DNA from: Podarcis muralis | Lineage: Eukaryota | NCBI RefSeq assembly: GCF_964188315.1 | Contig: NC_135657.1 | Span: 37,820,001 to 37,884,000, forward strand | DNA length: 64,000 nt | Direction: 5' to 3' | In this document: positions 1 through 13,478 of the stretch, one piece after another | How the letters are laid out: the number at the start of each line of letters is the position of its first letter | How positions within the stretch are numbered: the stretch's first letter is position 1 | The notes under the pieces: model-generated | Database searches by the model: none | What the model saw: only the letters and a program-made list of their open reading frames with translations | What the model was told of the DNA's origin: nothing | Program-made: the position numbers and the translations under genes

Positions 1-504
1 TCGCCCAATCGTGTTTGGCATACAGGTGCAGCCTGTTGCTCCCTTGCCAGATCTCTGCCAGAACGGGCTTGGCTTCCTACCTTACAAAGATCGATTAGCC
101 CACATCAGCTAGTAGCAGCCTGTGAGTGTTTCTGTGCTCCGTAGATGGATGCCAATTGCAATCACAGCAAGAATTCCACATGTCTCAGGCACTCGCTGAC
201 ATTTCCCAAGGAAGAAGCTTGGAATGTCTCACAGTGTCACCATTAATATTTATGCTACATCTGTGGCTCAACATCTGATCTTGGCAAGTGAGGCAGTGAA
301 GGAGCAAAAAAACCCCAAACAAGGCAAGAACTGCCTGGCAATAAATATACTCCTGCACCACAACAGAACCTTGTTTCACACACCTCACATATGAATTCCT
401 GTCTTAAGATAAGCAGCAAAACATCATGGCTAAGAGCATAAGACATGAATTAGAAAGACTCTGGCTTAAATCACAAACCCTTTGGGTGTCCAGGGGAAAG
501 CCTT

Positions 505-616
505 GATCTCTAAGCAATTTGGAGAGGTTATTTTGGAGCGACTCATACTCCCCCTTTGTTTTAACCACCTCGAACAATTTGACATCATCAGCAAACCTGG
601 CTACCCTATTAATCAC
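505..616 (-). mobile_element. CR1-type LINE reverse transcriptase fragment (degenerate)
   Basis: Minus-strand translation RVARFADDVKLFEVVKTKGEYESLQNNLSKL resembles the CR1 RT FADDTKL region. Confidence 0.65.
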
Positions 617-724
617 CCCTAACCTGCCAACATATTAATATAGTCATTTTCCAAAATATTCCAACACCCTGATTACTACAACGGTCCAAAAGGGAGGACA
701 TTTGTAATTCTCGCTCAGAATTAA

Positions 725-1628
725 GGTCACACACACCATACATTTAAAGCACTATGATGTTGCTTTAAACAGTCATTGCTTCCAACAAAGACTCCTGGGA
801 ACTGTAATGTGTTAAGGAGGCTGCTGCCATGTTTGGCTCCACCCCTGGCTCCCCCGATGTCCTGACGTCACAGATATGACATCCGCACGCCCATTCTCCT
901 TCGGAAGCCAGCACCTCTGCATGCATCCCTCAGCCATGTGGACTGTGCATCAAAGAGCACCCAAAGACTACCTCATAATAATGACCAGCATTCCTATGCC
1001 AAGCAGCCCAAGGTACAGGCTGGGGGCGGGGGGTGTTCAGCTACAGAAGCTGGATCTATTGGAGACAAAGTCTTTAAGATGCAGATAAGTTTGCCTGGCT
1101 CATTGATTTCTGCAGCTTTCTTGACACACTATCCTTTTTAGTAAAAGTGCCTTGGTGCTCTTGATCAGAGTCAAGACAAAGCAGGATGTTGGAATTCGCC
1201 CTCCCTTACACGTATCATTGTTATTAGTGTCCTGTGAGTCTCCCACAAAACCCCTGCACTTATCTGCTTGCATGGACGTTTTCCATACAAAGCACTGCCA
1301 GCATGTACTCTTAATGGCACTTTCCACAGTTGTCCCTCAGGGCTGGCTCAGGAAAGTTTCCTGTCTGAGGCAAAGGACAAGGTGGCACCTCTCCACTTCC
1401 CATACAGAAATCCACCAGACTGGCACCTCAGGGTCACAGCCACAACATATAGTTAAAGCACTCTTATACCACTTTAACAGCAGTGGCAATTGCTAAAGGT
1501 GCTGGGAAATGCAGCACTGAGGTTTCTTTTAACAATTCTCAGCAATGAACTACAGTTCCCAGGACGCCTTGGAGTAAGTCATGACTGTTGGTCTAAGAGT
1601 TCTTTAAATGCATAGTGTGGATGTGACC
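725..1628. mobile_element. Degenerate palindromic MITE (PIF/Harbinger-like), arms separated by about 680 bp of unrelated DNA
   Basis: ggtcacacacaccatacatttaaagcac...cctgggaactgtaa (725-810) is the imperfect reverse complement of ctacagttcccagg...ctttaaatgcatagtgtggatgtgacc (about 1548-1628). Confidence 0.5.
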
Positions 1629-3075
1629 CAACAGTGGAGATGAGGCAATGTCCTCCACAATGTCTGAAGGCAAGAGGCTAGCGGAGGAAAACAGGTGGGC
1701 CATCCGGCATAGACAGCTCCATCCTCCATCACCTCACTGACGCTTCCCTAACCTCTGCCACCTGAGGCAGCTGCCTCACTCTGCCTAAGGATAGGGCTGT
1801 CCCCGCTGTCCTTCTGGAATCAGCTTTTCCTCGGTTCTCATCCCAATTCTAACCGTGTCGTTCTTCTAGTCCGGCCAATGTCCTACATGTTCAAACAACT
1901 TTTTCTCAGAAGACTCCAATTTCAGGAATCAAGCTGGCTGAATCTCTCTCTCTTCTTTTTCCCCTTGCAGGAGCTGACAGCATAGTTATAAAAATGAAAG
2001 ATTCTTAAAATAACATGCAGCATTGAGCAACTTCATTGGCCACCACCCCTCCCTCTCAATGCTTCTTGCAGCCTGCACCAGCCTCGTCAGCCTTCCTCAG
2101 GACTGTCTTCATGATTTATGGTGTTAATAACCCAGCCTGAATCTAGCCAGACCCCTGGGGCTCATAACCAGCCGCTCACATCGTGTAGCACACGCCACTG
2201 TGGTACAAGTGGAGCTCTGCTGCAGGACAGGTCCCTATCCCCACCTCGTTCCCCACAAGGAGGCTGTCTCAAGAGACATTTTGGGAGATGCTTTACATCT
2301 TAATAGTCCTGGTATGTGGATCTTTGGTGGCACGTGAGTGAAGGATGGTATATTTGTGGAGAGATCCAATCACTTCTTGGCTACATTCAGAGATGGATAC
2401 ACTCTCAGTTCAGAAGTTGAATAGCACTAATACTCTCCAATGTTCTTCCCTTCAATTCACTAAAGATATGAAGAAAGTATAATTTTGCCTCACTATCAAG
2501 TGAAGGTAACTTGTTTTGCTAGTGGGAATGTAATGGGAACAGCAGTTTAAGGAATGAATTCAACATGAGCAGCACTCTCCTTTCTACTTGACCAAAAATG
2601 TTAGGCATTAATTTGTCCAGTTGTGTATACTTGAGAGTAGCAAATTGGAATACCAGATAAATATAAGGCACAGTATTAGTCACCTGACCTCCCCTTGATT
2701 GTACTAAAACATTGGTTTGGTCAGGAGATGCAACTTGTATAAGCTCCAAAAAGCATTGCCGCTCCCAATATGGCAATATGCTTAGTACTGTACCATTTGA
2801 TGAATTCATGCACAAATATGCAACCTAGTGAGTTGTGTCCTTGTCTTGTTGACATATTCTTCCTTCAAAACCAGCATTAAGAAAACTGTAAAGTAATTCT
2901 ACAACATCCTATAATAATCATTGACAGAGCTGGTACTAAGGTTGTAAATTTTGCATCCACAGTGACTGTCAACTTGAGGAAGAACTAAACACTCATATCA
3001 GGAATGTCCTGAGGTACGAAAGTAGTTATCAGGACAAAGATGCAGATCTACCAGGCCTCCCTTCTTGGCACCTGA

Positions 3076-3512
3076 CTACATAACACTTTACTACATAACA
3101 CCGGTCCTGAAAGACCTACACTGGCTCCCAGTATGTTTCCGAGCACAATTCAAAGTGTTGGTGGTGACCTTTAAAGCCCTAAACGGCCTCGGCCCAGTAT
3201 ACATGAAGGAGCGTCTCCACCCCCATCATTCTGCCCGGACACTGAGGTCCAGCGCCGAGGGCCTTCTGGTGGTTCCCTCACTGCAAGAAGTGAGGTTACA
3301 GGGAACCAGGCAGAGGGCCTTCTTGGTAGTGGTGCCCTCCCATCAGATGTCAAGGAAATAAACAACTATCTGACTTTTAGAAGGCATCTGAAGGCAGCCC
3401 TGTTTAGGGAAATTTTTAATATTTGATGTTGTTGCTTTATTATTGTTATTGGTGTTCTGTTGGGAGCCGCCCAGAGTGGCTGAGAAAACCCAGCCAGATG
3501 GACAGAGTATAA

Positions 3513-3566
<54 letters not shown>
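3076..3566 (+). mobile_element. L2 LINE 3' fragment with (ATT)n tail
   Basis: Encodes YITPVLKDLHWLPVCFRAQFKVLV...; close match to the 3' end of the long L2 at 18656-19150, including the agccgcccagagtggctg...cccagccagatgg 3'UTR. Confidence 0.9.
3515..3566. repeat. (ATT)n microsatellite, L2 tail
   Basis: Direct trinucleotide run. Confidence 0.95.
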
Positions 3567-3567
<1 letters not shown>

Positions 3568-5051
3568 GCAGGAGCTGACTTGGATCACTCTAGTTGCTTC
3601 CATCTCCATTGTTTGCATTGACACTTCTGAATAAGAGATGGTGCCTATAGGCTTATCTCACAAAGGCTACTACAGCAAGCCTTCTTTATCTTTCAGAGAA
3701 TGTTGGGTTGACATGGGCATGTGCACAGCATGGAAGGTGACCACATATCAACAGACATAATCTATGGCAAGATAGGCAAATGGTTCAAGATGCAGAGATC
3801 AGTCAATACTTCCATAAAATGATGGTACGTGAACCAAGAGACTCTGAGATGAATTCCATCTAGTATAGAAGCAGATGATCATTCACTATTTATTCACAAA
3901 GGGATACAGATATTATTTGATTTATTAGATTTTTATATATACTTGAAAAGTTTCAAAGCTATTTATGGTGTATGTACTCTATGGAGCGATGGGTTGGGAG
4001 GTCTGTATAGAAACAATGTATGTTGAAAAATGTGTGATGTATAAATAGCAACTGGAAAATGCCTAAATAAAAGTAAAATAGAATAAAACATAATAAAACA
4101 ATATTAAACAATATGCAATATCAATACAATAACGAAAAGACACACTAAATCACAGATTAAGAACACTGTGGTACCTGTACTAGGTCAGACTCATCTTTTG
4201 ACAATGAACAATTACCAGCCAGTGACAGTGTCAGCCCCCTCTTTTTCCCACAGCACATTGGTGTACATAAAAACCTATAACGAGTCAACCCACATAGAAT
4301 TAGGGTTGTAAGAAGGCACCATCACCACCTCTTCTCTGTCCCCTGTTGAGGGTTTACTTTGCATGAGACTTGCTTGCCAGAGTTCATCATCACTATTGGG
4401 GAAACCAGTTTTTATTATCATCCTCCATATAATCCAGGAATAACCAATATGGTATCCTTCCGATTTTTTGGACTCCAGTTTGCGTCAGTCCCAGCCAGTG
4501 TGGCCCACGATCGCGGATTGTGAGGGAGGTATTCCAATAACAGTTGGAGGGCAAAATGCTAGGTACCCCTATGCTATTCTCTTGGTGATTTGGTGAGAGA
4601 ACAGTCTGCAATAATAGCTTTTCATATATACTTATAGACTTGCACATTTACAGCACAGTACGTAGTTATGCCACAAAGAAGGTCCTGCAAGCCCCATAAA
4701 AGGATATCAGGAAGAAGGGCTGGGGGAAAACCTCAGCTTAACTTCTTGGAATGCTAAAGCCAGGCATAGGGGAAAGCCCTGGGACTGGAAGAGCCTTTTT
4801 CTGATCCAGCTTAACATGCTTAGACCTAAATCAAGGGTGGGGAAACTGTGATCTTCCAGATGCTGTTGAATTCCAACTCCCAACAGCTCCAGCCAACATG
4901 GCCAAAAATCAGGGATTCTGGGAGCTGTAGTTCAACTATATTTGGAAGGTATTACATTGGCTAAACATGATCGAAGCTATATATGAAGCCCCAGACACCC
5001 ACTCTTGGCCTCACTGCAGATGCCATCATAAAGTTTCCTGTTTGTCTAGTC

Positions 5052-5334
5052 CAGGGGTCTGCAACCTTTAAGACAAAAAGAGCCACTTGGACCCGTTTCT
5101 GAAAGAAAAAAAAAACTGGGAGCCACAATCGGGCGGGAAGGTGACGTCGGGACGGTGCGTGACTAGCGCACGCACCGCCCCCATGCGACGTCACAGCCAG
5201 TACAGCGCCCGCCACAGTGGGGAGTGTCGGGGCGCACAATGCGCCTCCTCCCCTCCCTAGTATCCGCCCCGGAGTCGCGGCAAAGGTGTAAAAGAGCCAC
5301 ATGCGGCTCCAGAGCCGTGGGTTGCAGACCCCTG
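5052..5334. mobile_element. hAT (Charlie-like) MITE, CpG-rich
   Basis: TIRs caggggtctgcaacc / ggttgcagacccctg; perfect 8-bp TSD gtctagtc (5044-5051, 5335-5342) with the CTAG core typical of Charlie targets. Confidence 0.92.
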
Positions 5335-8078
5335 GTCTAGTCTATCTCAGTTCCCCAAAATAATCCTGCCCAAGTGAATCCCTGTCAAGGTCACACACAT
5401 GTATTCTAGCAGCACCTACTGGTCCATATAATATTGGCTGGCTACTGGCCCTCTCAGTTTTGACTGAAGCACTATTACTGAATTATAAAGTGTGCATTTG
5501 GAAAGTAATATTTTGTGTAATATAATGGAAAATAATGCTGGATTTTGTTACTGCATTGACTCCCAGAGAAGGCGAGATTCAGAACAAGGGGAAATTATTT
5601 TCCTATGCAGGCTGAGAGATAACTGCACTTTACGAATACAACATTAATACAGCAGAATGTGAAAGAGTTACTTAGATTAACAGAGAACATTGGAACAGGA
5701 ACAATGGATATAAAGTGCCCATTAATTTAGGCTGGCGATTAGAAGGAAGCGTCTAACTGTTAGAGTGAATTTTCAGAATAATCTCCCTAGAACAGCCACA
5801 AGAGCTAAAACATTTTATTAGTTTTTAAACTGAGCACAATAAATTCATGGATGGTATTTTATGACTCTTTAAAACTGTGTGGCCTTTGTTTTCATCAGAG
5901 TTAAGCACAACTAACTTTCTCTAGATCAAAACTATCATCCACAGCCATTCCCTTGATTGCAGTAACAGCCAAAAGCAGCCACGGCAATTACAAAAATTGC
6001 CGTAGACTATATCTGTAATTGGCTAGTACATACATTACATTTGCGACTTAACTGTGTCTCGGAGAACAGTTCTGCCTGTTTATGTGTACAGAATGTGGGA
6101 TAACCAGCCTCGTATAACTGACATGCTCATGTCTAATGCACGAAGGGGTTAATACCATAGAGTAGGCTGTCCTGCCAGGTTTAGTTATGTCCACTTTCCC
6201 TCACCTTGGGAAGGATTATGTAATCAAGCCCTTGTTTTAACTAAGCCAAGTTCTATTGCCTGTGCAATTTTCTGCAGTGCATGAGTCTGACCTTTGGAGT
6301 TTGTAAGTAAACCATTTTTTAACTTAAACTTGGAAGTAAAACATGTCCACACTAACTTTACTGCATATTTTGTGATTTTAAATCTCTGCTAGGGTTTTCT
6401 CAATAAAGAGTACTTGCCCCAAACCTGGGTCTTGGCATCCATGAATTCTCCTGTTTATATGCTTATTTTTCATTGCACCAACACAAAAAGGGCGCATTCA
6501 TGCCCAGCGTATACCCATCATTTTCAAGTGAATGTGTGCACAAACCACCACAGGTCAAAACTCCACAGAAAGAACCTCCCACCACCTCAGGCATAAAGGG
6601 CAGAATTCACCTAAGCAGCCACATCAGCAGAAGGACTTCCACCTGCCCTCTGCTCCCTCTGTGTGCCTCTGCACCCCCCAAAAAAAATTGGCTCAGGGGT
6701 GTCGGAGGAACCCCCAGAACAGCATGGGGAAGAGAGGAGGGGGTATCTTTCCAGCTAGCAAGATGCAATGCTTGTGCAGAGTGAATTGTTGCAAAAGCAC
6801 AACATTGAATTCCACCCAAGACGTTTTGCACGTTCTGCTGCAAATTATCAGGTGTTGACGATCAAGCGAAGTGCATGTGTGAACCTGTCTCTCAGCCTTT
6901 CAAAACAAAGATTCATAATATTTAAACCTACAGTATTTGTATGAATAAACCATTGGAAAGGTTATACACTTGCCCTTCAAAAAGGTACCCATCTGGTACC
7001 CATCAGCCACAGCAACTGGCATGCTCTACACAGCTAACAGCTTGACTCAGTAACAACATCAAGAGTAATTTCATGACGACTGTTATCATCAACTTAGCCT
7101 GTGATCTCATCCTCTTGTGCTCCACCACTCTGTAGCTCTGTGCAGCTTCTTACAAAACTGGGGGAGCTGAAAAGGGCAACAAGATAGTCTATTCCTGCCC
7201 CCGCAAGATGGGTAAGGCCATGTTATAGGATGCTAGAGGGTTTCATTATACAGTCTCTTTTCTCTCCGCTATTTAAGAGGCAAAGGGCTGCCCCTCCCCT
7301 GCTAGAGACGGGGAAGGGATAAACGAATGAAGGATGGCATGGTCAAGGATTCAACCTTGTTATCCAATTCGAAATGCAGCCAAATGAGATAATTATGGTG
7401 AGATATTGATTCTCAGCAACATGCCCAATGAATGCCAAAGCAATAACTCTCAGCTCAATCACAGGCGCTTCCTGAGCCTTACACTAACCAGAGGAATACG
7501 TCTGCCTGCCTGACTTTGTACCATGAGCAACAAACAGCAGGTAAAGAGCCTTGGATGCTGGCCTATCCCTCTAATTCCCAGCAGCCATGTCTCAACAATC
7601 CTTTGCTAAAGTTGTTGCATTCAGCTCTCACTTGCAGTGCTCCCATCACAATGGTGATGGTAGCAATACAAAAGGAACAGAGGCGCTTTCATGTGAAAAC
7701 CCACTCTTTACTGCTCAATCAGAGCAAATGGCAATCCATGGTATACCCAAGTTGCCGTTGGTTGTGCTTCAGCCTTAAAGAGCTGATTTTTGCAGGGAAG
7801 CTCTGGGGCAGAAACAAGAGCGCTCAGACACAGAGCTTTAAAACGCAGGTCTGTGCCTGGAAAGTGTGGGGCAAAAGTGTGGGCAAGCCCTGAGATGAAT
7901 TAAGTCTCTTGACTTGGGACTCCAGAGCTTTCCCAAAGATTGCTCTTGTGATTTTGGGCAGATTGTTATGCATTGTCTCGCAGTGCTTAGTGCTAAAATT
8001 TGTTCTCACATAAATAGAAACAAATGATCCATTTACAAATTATCTACATACAAAATATGTGCATGGAGGGCCCTTAAG

Positions 8079-8498
8079 TGGGGATGGGTAGAAATGCATT
8101 CAGTTCACATCTTAATGCAAACCCACCCAAGTGACAATTCTTGAACTATTATGCAAACCGAAGGCCAGTTACTTCTCAAAAAAATGCACTTCTCTGGATT
8201 TTCTAATGCAGTTCTTCAACCAAAATATGTGCACAAAAAGGGAGGGAAATTAGGGGAAAGGGCACACAAAAATGCATGTTTTGATGAAAATAAAATAGAA
8301 AAATACATTACAGGAAATTGCTTGGAGTACATGCACTGCATACAAAAACAAGTATCTTAGGAGAAATGCCAATGAAGTGATTGAATTTTTGTGCAGACTT
8401 AAAAAACAGGGGAAAAACCACCCTGATGTGGTCATGGAAGAAGCCGAACTTAAGACAAAAAAAAAGGAGTTGAGAAAAAGCAAAATTAACCATTCCTA
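8079..8498. mobile_element. Old AT-rich non-autonomous DNA transposon with (T)AGGGATG-type ends
   Basis: Starts tggggatggg, ends ccattccta; interior resembles 15024-15831, 40544-40695 and 55036-55450. Confidence 0.45.
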
Positions 8499-8913
8499 CC
8501 TTCAAGTGCTGGTACTGGTATGCTATATGCAAAAGATCCTGGTCACATTCTTCCTACAACCACCTTCTGAGATATAGTATCCTGTGGGTTTGGAGAGGGT
8601 ACTCACTGTGTGAGGAAACCTTGCAAGGGTCCTGCTCCAATTCCAGGAAGCAGCAGGAGCCAGTTAATCTGTTAACTTCAACAGATTAACACTCAACAGC
8701 AGCTGTGGCCTGCTACAAAAGCAAGGTGAAGGTTCCAATCAGTTCCCATTTAACTATGGAAGGAACCATACCCAGAAAGGGGAGGGGCATTTCTATTACA
8801 GACCAGATATGTCTATTAAAGCGACAGTCCTATGTTGCATTCATCAACCTTTGCAATAACTGTTACTGACTCAAAAATGACAAATATCTGTATTGCTGAA
8901 GATATTTTTATTA

Positions 8914-9121
8914 CAGTGGTACCTCGGGTTAAGAACTTAATTCGTTCTGGAGGTCCGTTCTTAACCTGAAACTGTTCTTAACCTGAGGTACCACTTTAGC
9001 TAATGGCTGCCGCCACGCGATTTCTGTTCTCACCCTGAAGCAAAGTTCTTAACCGGAGGTATTATTTCTGGGTTAGTCTGTAACCTGAAGTCTGTAACCT
9101 GAAGCATCTGTAACCTGAGGT
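8914..9121. mobile_element. pogo/Tigger-like MITE, right end lost in assembly gap
   Basis: TA followed by TIR cagtggtacctcgggtt; same family as 18495-21057 and 28051-28779; repeated tctgtaacctga subterminal motifs. Confidence 0.85.
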
Positions 9122-9250
9122 NNNNNNNNNNNNNNNNNNNNNNNNNNNNNNNNNNNNNNNNNNNNNNNNNNNNNNNNNNNNNNNNNNNNNNNNNNNNNNN
9201 NNNNNNNNNNNNNNNNNNNNNNNNNNNNNNNNNNNNNNNNNNNNNNNNNN
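9122..9250. other. Assembly gap (N run)
   Basis: 129 N. Confidence 1.
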
Positions 9251-9605
9251 TAGAAGAGACACTCCACACTCACTATATGACATAACTCACTATTCCCATT
9301 TTACAGCTGCAAGTTGGGAAACAGAGAGGCCCAAAACCATCACTACATCCAAGACTAACAGAGATTTGAACTTTGAACTTCCTCTAGCATTCTATCTTCT
9401 GGACAAACCAGCTTTTTGCATCCTTATCCCAGCTTCTGACTCTGTCCAGTTTCACCTATTTGAGCCAAAAATCTAATTTAAAGTGGAACTATTCAACAGC
9501 GACAAGTTAGGACTTGACCCTGTACACATTCAGATTGGTGAAGCAGCAAATGTTTTACAACATGGACACAAAGTCAACATACCAAAGTGCAGGAATTCTT
9601 ATTTT

Positions 9606-9720
9606 GGTGTAGTATGATTAGAGTGTCAGACTGGGACTGGGGAAACTTCACTTCAACCCCACCCGAACACACACACACTGTTAGCCATGAAGCTTACTGG
9701 GTATCTGTGGTCTACTCCAA
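9606..9720 (+). mobile_element. Degenerate MIR/Ther1-related (Squam3-like) SINE
   Basis: ggtgtagtatgattagagtgtcagact A-box-like head followed by the gccatgaagcttactggg core. Confidence 0.5.
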
Positions 9721-10939
9721 GAGTGGCAAGCCAGTGGTCCTCTAGATGCTGTTGGGCTAAGATTCCCATCAGCCCCAACGATGGGAGTTGGAATCCAATA
9801 GCATGCTTACGTTTTTGCCATCCCTGGTCTAATCATTACCCCTCAGCTGAACTTCCCAGGATTGTTGTGAGGATTAAATGGGTGAGGGGAGATCCCTGTA
9901 TACAGCTTTCAGTTTCATGGAAGAAAGGTGGACTAGAAATATAATAAAGATAATACACACATTATCTATAGAGTGCTGTCGAGCAGAGGCAGTGAAGCAA
10001 GACGCAGCCATTATGTGTGAAGGCAGCACAGGTAAAAAGCTTTCAGATGAAGAACGTTCCTTAAAATGCAGGAGTTGTTGCAGTTTTACTGCAAATTGTA
10101 CATTAAGCCAGTCACTTCATGTAGCCAGGTCTCCTGCTTATTCTCAAACAAAGCAAAAACAAAAGAACATTTAGAGAGGTTTACTTCTCCAAACAGTTTG
10201 GTCCCAACCACACTTCACAATAAAGTCTCCCATCAGGCCATTGAAAACTCTGACTGATTATTATTTGAAATCTGACGCCTCCAAAAGCAAGTTACAAACT
10301 CTTCACCAATGGAGAAAATATTTGTTTCGTTTACTCTAATTTTATTAGCTCTAATTAAAAGTTCACATGTGTGGTAAATGCTTTTTTAATTGCGGCAAGA
10401 CGAGAACATTTGAATTGTGCCTTTGAAGAGAAAGTACAGTTAATTAGGCTAGTACAGCTAGGGTACTATTTCTACCTATTATTTGAAAAACTGTGCACTT
10501 TCTAAGCAGTACTAATGTCAGCTGTAGCTTTAAAACAATTTGCTCCAATTTAAAAATAATTTCCGTTATCCTTGCTGAAGGGGAGCTGACTTCTAATGAA
10601 AAGTGTTAGATTGACAGTGAAGAAGTGAAATGCCACCTTGTGTTCTCCTACAAAGTTGGCAACTGGGAGGCAAACTTCCCACACATTGCAGAAAAGGCAC
10701 CACTGCAAAAGAGTGTGCAAGAGAAAGGAAGGTACTGTGCATCTTCCACAAGTGACATGAAGCTATGGACACAGATGTGCACACACACACAGTTTGTAAT
10801 GCACCACTTCTGAATATTAATAGTCTATGGAAAGCAGGGAAAACACACATTTAAATCAAATGTACATTTAATCCAGTCTCCCTCTGCCCACCTCATCCCA
10901 TGTGGTTTCCTCTAGATCCCTTGGAGGACAGCAGGCACT

Positions 10940-11620
10940 CTTGGATGAAACCAATTATCTTGACCCATTTCAATCTGCCTTCAGGCTTGGTTATGGAACT
11001 AAATCAGCTTTGGTCACCATGATGGGTAACCTTTATTCATACCCTCCAACATTTATCCGATGAAAATAGGGACAACCCATTCCATAATTATAATTTTACT
11101 ATTTATACCCCACATATCTTATTGAGTTGCCCTAGAACTCTGGGGCAACATATAAAAACGTAATAAAACATTAAACATTTGAAAAAACAAAAACTTCCCT
11201 ATACAGGATTGCCTTCAGATGGCTAGGGAGTTGGATAACTCCATACCCTCCAACATTTCTCCAATGAAAATAGGGACATCCTAAGGAAAAGCAGGACATT
11301 ATGGGATCAAATCATAAACCGGGAGGGCTTCTCTAAATCAGAGACATCCCTGGAAAATAAGGACATTTGGAGGGTCTGCTTTATTGAGAGGATAGGATAG
11401 GAACAACCCTGTTATTCTTACTTAATCTCTTAACGGCTTTTGATACCACTGACCATGAAATCCTCCTCAACTGACTTGGTGAAATGGGTAATGGAGTCAC
11501 TGGCTGCAATCCTATCTCCAGGGTCAGTTTCAGAGAACAGCATTGGGCGATTATCTCTCAACACCCTGGCAGTTATGCTGCTGGGTGTGGCATGATACCA
11601 ACTTGTCCCCAATGCCATGT
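10940..11620 (+). pseudogene. Old L2 RT fragment interrupted by a hAT-like element
   Basis: Remnants LDPFQSAFRLGYGTKSALV and LLNLLTAFDTTDHEILL match RT motifs of the intact copy (LDPFQSGFRPHHGTETALV; LDLSAAFDTIDHNILL). Confidence 0.75.
11038..11378. mobile_element. hAT-like (Blackjack-like) MITE with duplicated left end and captured L2 3' end
   Basis: TIR cataccctccaa / ttggagggtctg; ctttatt on both flanks; 36-bp left end repeated at 11242; sister copy at 60408. Confidence 0.75.
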
Positions 11621-13267
11621 TCCTCAGCCTCGGTTATGTACTGATCTCCAGCAACAGGATCAGAGGCCTGGTCTGACTAGCCTCTGGCTCCAGGTCTTGA
11701 CTGCTCCTTGACTCTGGGGCCACAACACAATCTAGTATTTGACAGAGGTGAAGTTCAAGGAAGGAAAGTGTGATCAGGGGTAAATAGAGAAAGACCATTG
11801 TTTGGTTACCTCTGCTTATGCTTAGATACAGTAGGGCATGGGAAGTAGGGGGCATTATTTTGGGGAAGGGTTCTGAAGGAGGTAACACATAGGTGTTCTG
11901 GAAGGCTGTTCCAAGCATTTAAGACAGCAAAGGAGAAAGAACAAATCTTTTTGAGAAGCAGGAAGTGTCCCCCACCTTTTTACCAATTGTATTTGATTCA
12001 CAGATGTAAGAAATGGGTTTCTGAGCTGAAAAAAAAGCATCTTGCATGCCTGTTGTCTGTTGACCACATTTCTCTGAGCAGAAGGGATACATGTATGCAA
12101 GCATGTAAGAACTCTCCCAAGCATGTGTGCCCCTGTGTGAATGCTCAGAACAAGTAATGGTTCGTTATTACTTTGCATGCCTATCCATGCACAAAGAGCC
12201 AAGGAAGAAGGGAAAGGGTGCAACTGAGATCAATCGCCTCCTTACCCTGGGCTTACATAATTTCCTGTGGGTAATAACCAGCCCATTCTTCTCTCTAATG
12301 TGTATGCAGCTGATTTGAGTCGCTGCCCTCTTTTTGCCCTATGTCTTGGGACAATTATCTTTTTCAGCAGCCACAGGAGGAGGACAAAGTTGCACTAGGC
12401 CGGATACTGTGCTTTAGGTTCAAATCTACATCACTGGACAAGAAAGCATGGCTGTAAGGTTCTACATACTTTCTACCCTAGAAATGCCTATAGGGCATAT
12501 ATTATGGGGCCGTAGAGAATTCACTATCAACAGAAATCTCAGGATGTTTTAAATTATGGAATTTAGCATGGAAAGGATGCTTTAAGTCATGGAGACATAG
12601 GAAAGAGATTGTAATAAGAAATTTATGGAGTCCTGGGCAAATGATCTCCAAGACTGTGGGCACTTTTTCAGCTGGGTTTCAGCAGCTCCAATGTTAAACC
12701 TGCATCAGGCAGCATGCTCATCTACATTACAAATGCCTCTCCTATTTTTCTTCCGCATGAAAAATAACATAAATAGCACAAAAGAGGCTTGACAAGAACA
12801 ATTTAAGCCTTGTGCATGTGAAACACCCAGTATTTGAAATGATCTGGAGGTGGGAATCGTAGGCCTCTGTTTCACCAGCAGACGGCCAAAGAGCAAGGCA
12901 GCCCTCCATTGCAGCAAGTCTGACTCAGGAAAAGGGTGCTTTCTCCATCGAGGTTCTTCCAATGCCTCAGTGACAAAAGGCTCTACCCATTAGTTACCAT
13001 TTGCAATGCCAAGCAAGGGGAATTCTCTAATGAGGGGTAGGTGGTTCTGTTTATTCATTATTCATTCTCTTCAAAAGCTTGGCTGTGCTTCGATCCCAGG
13101 GTCAGGGCAGGCTTACCGCCAACATTCAGCTTACAAAGCAGAGCAGAATGGGTGGGGTGGGGGTGGAAGGCTACGGATGCTTGAGGACTGGTCCACATTT
13201 CTAAGCAAACCAACCTGATTGACACTTCCTGGACTAATATGCAAAGTGGAACAATAAACAATGTACC

Positions 13268-13478
13268 AGTGTGATGCAGCAGGGCAGAGGAGACCAAGTT
13301 CAAATTTGGCCATGATCGTCACTGGGTGGCCTTTGGCCAGTCACTATCTGTCTCAGCCAAACTGACCTCAAAAAGCTGTTCTGAAGATAAAATAGAGGAA
13401 GCAGAGGACCATATATGCTGCCTTGAACTCCTTAGAAGAAAGGTGGGATATAAATATCACAAATACATAATAAAATAA
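13268..13478 (+). mobile_element. MIR/Ther1-related (Squam3-like) SINE
   Basis: B-box-like gttcaaat, core cactgggtggcctttggccagtcac...tctcagcc, tail gctgccttgaactcc...gggatataaat. Confidence 0.65.
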
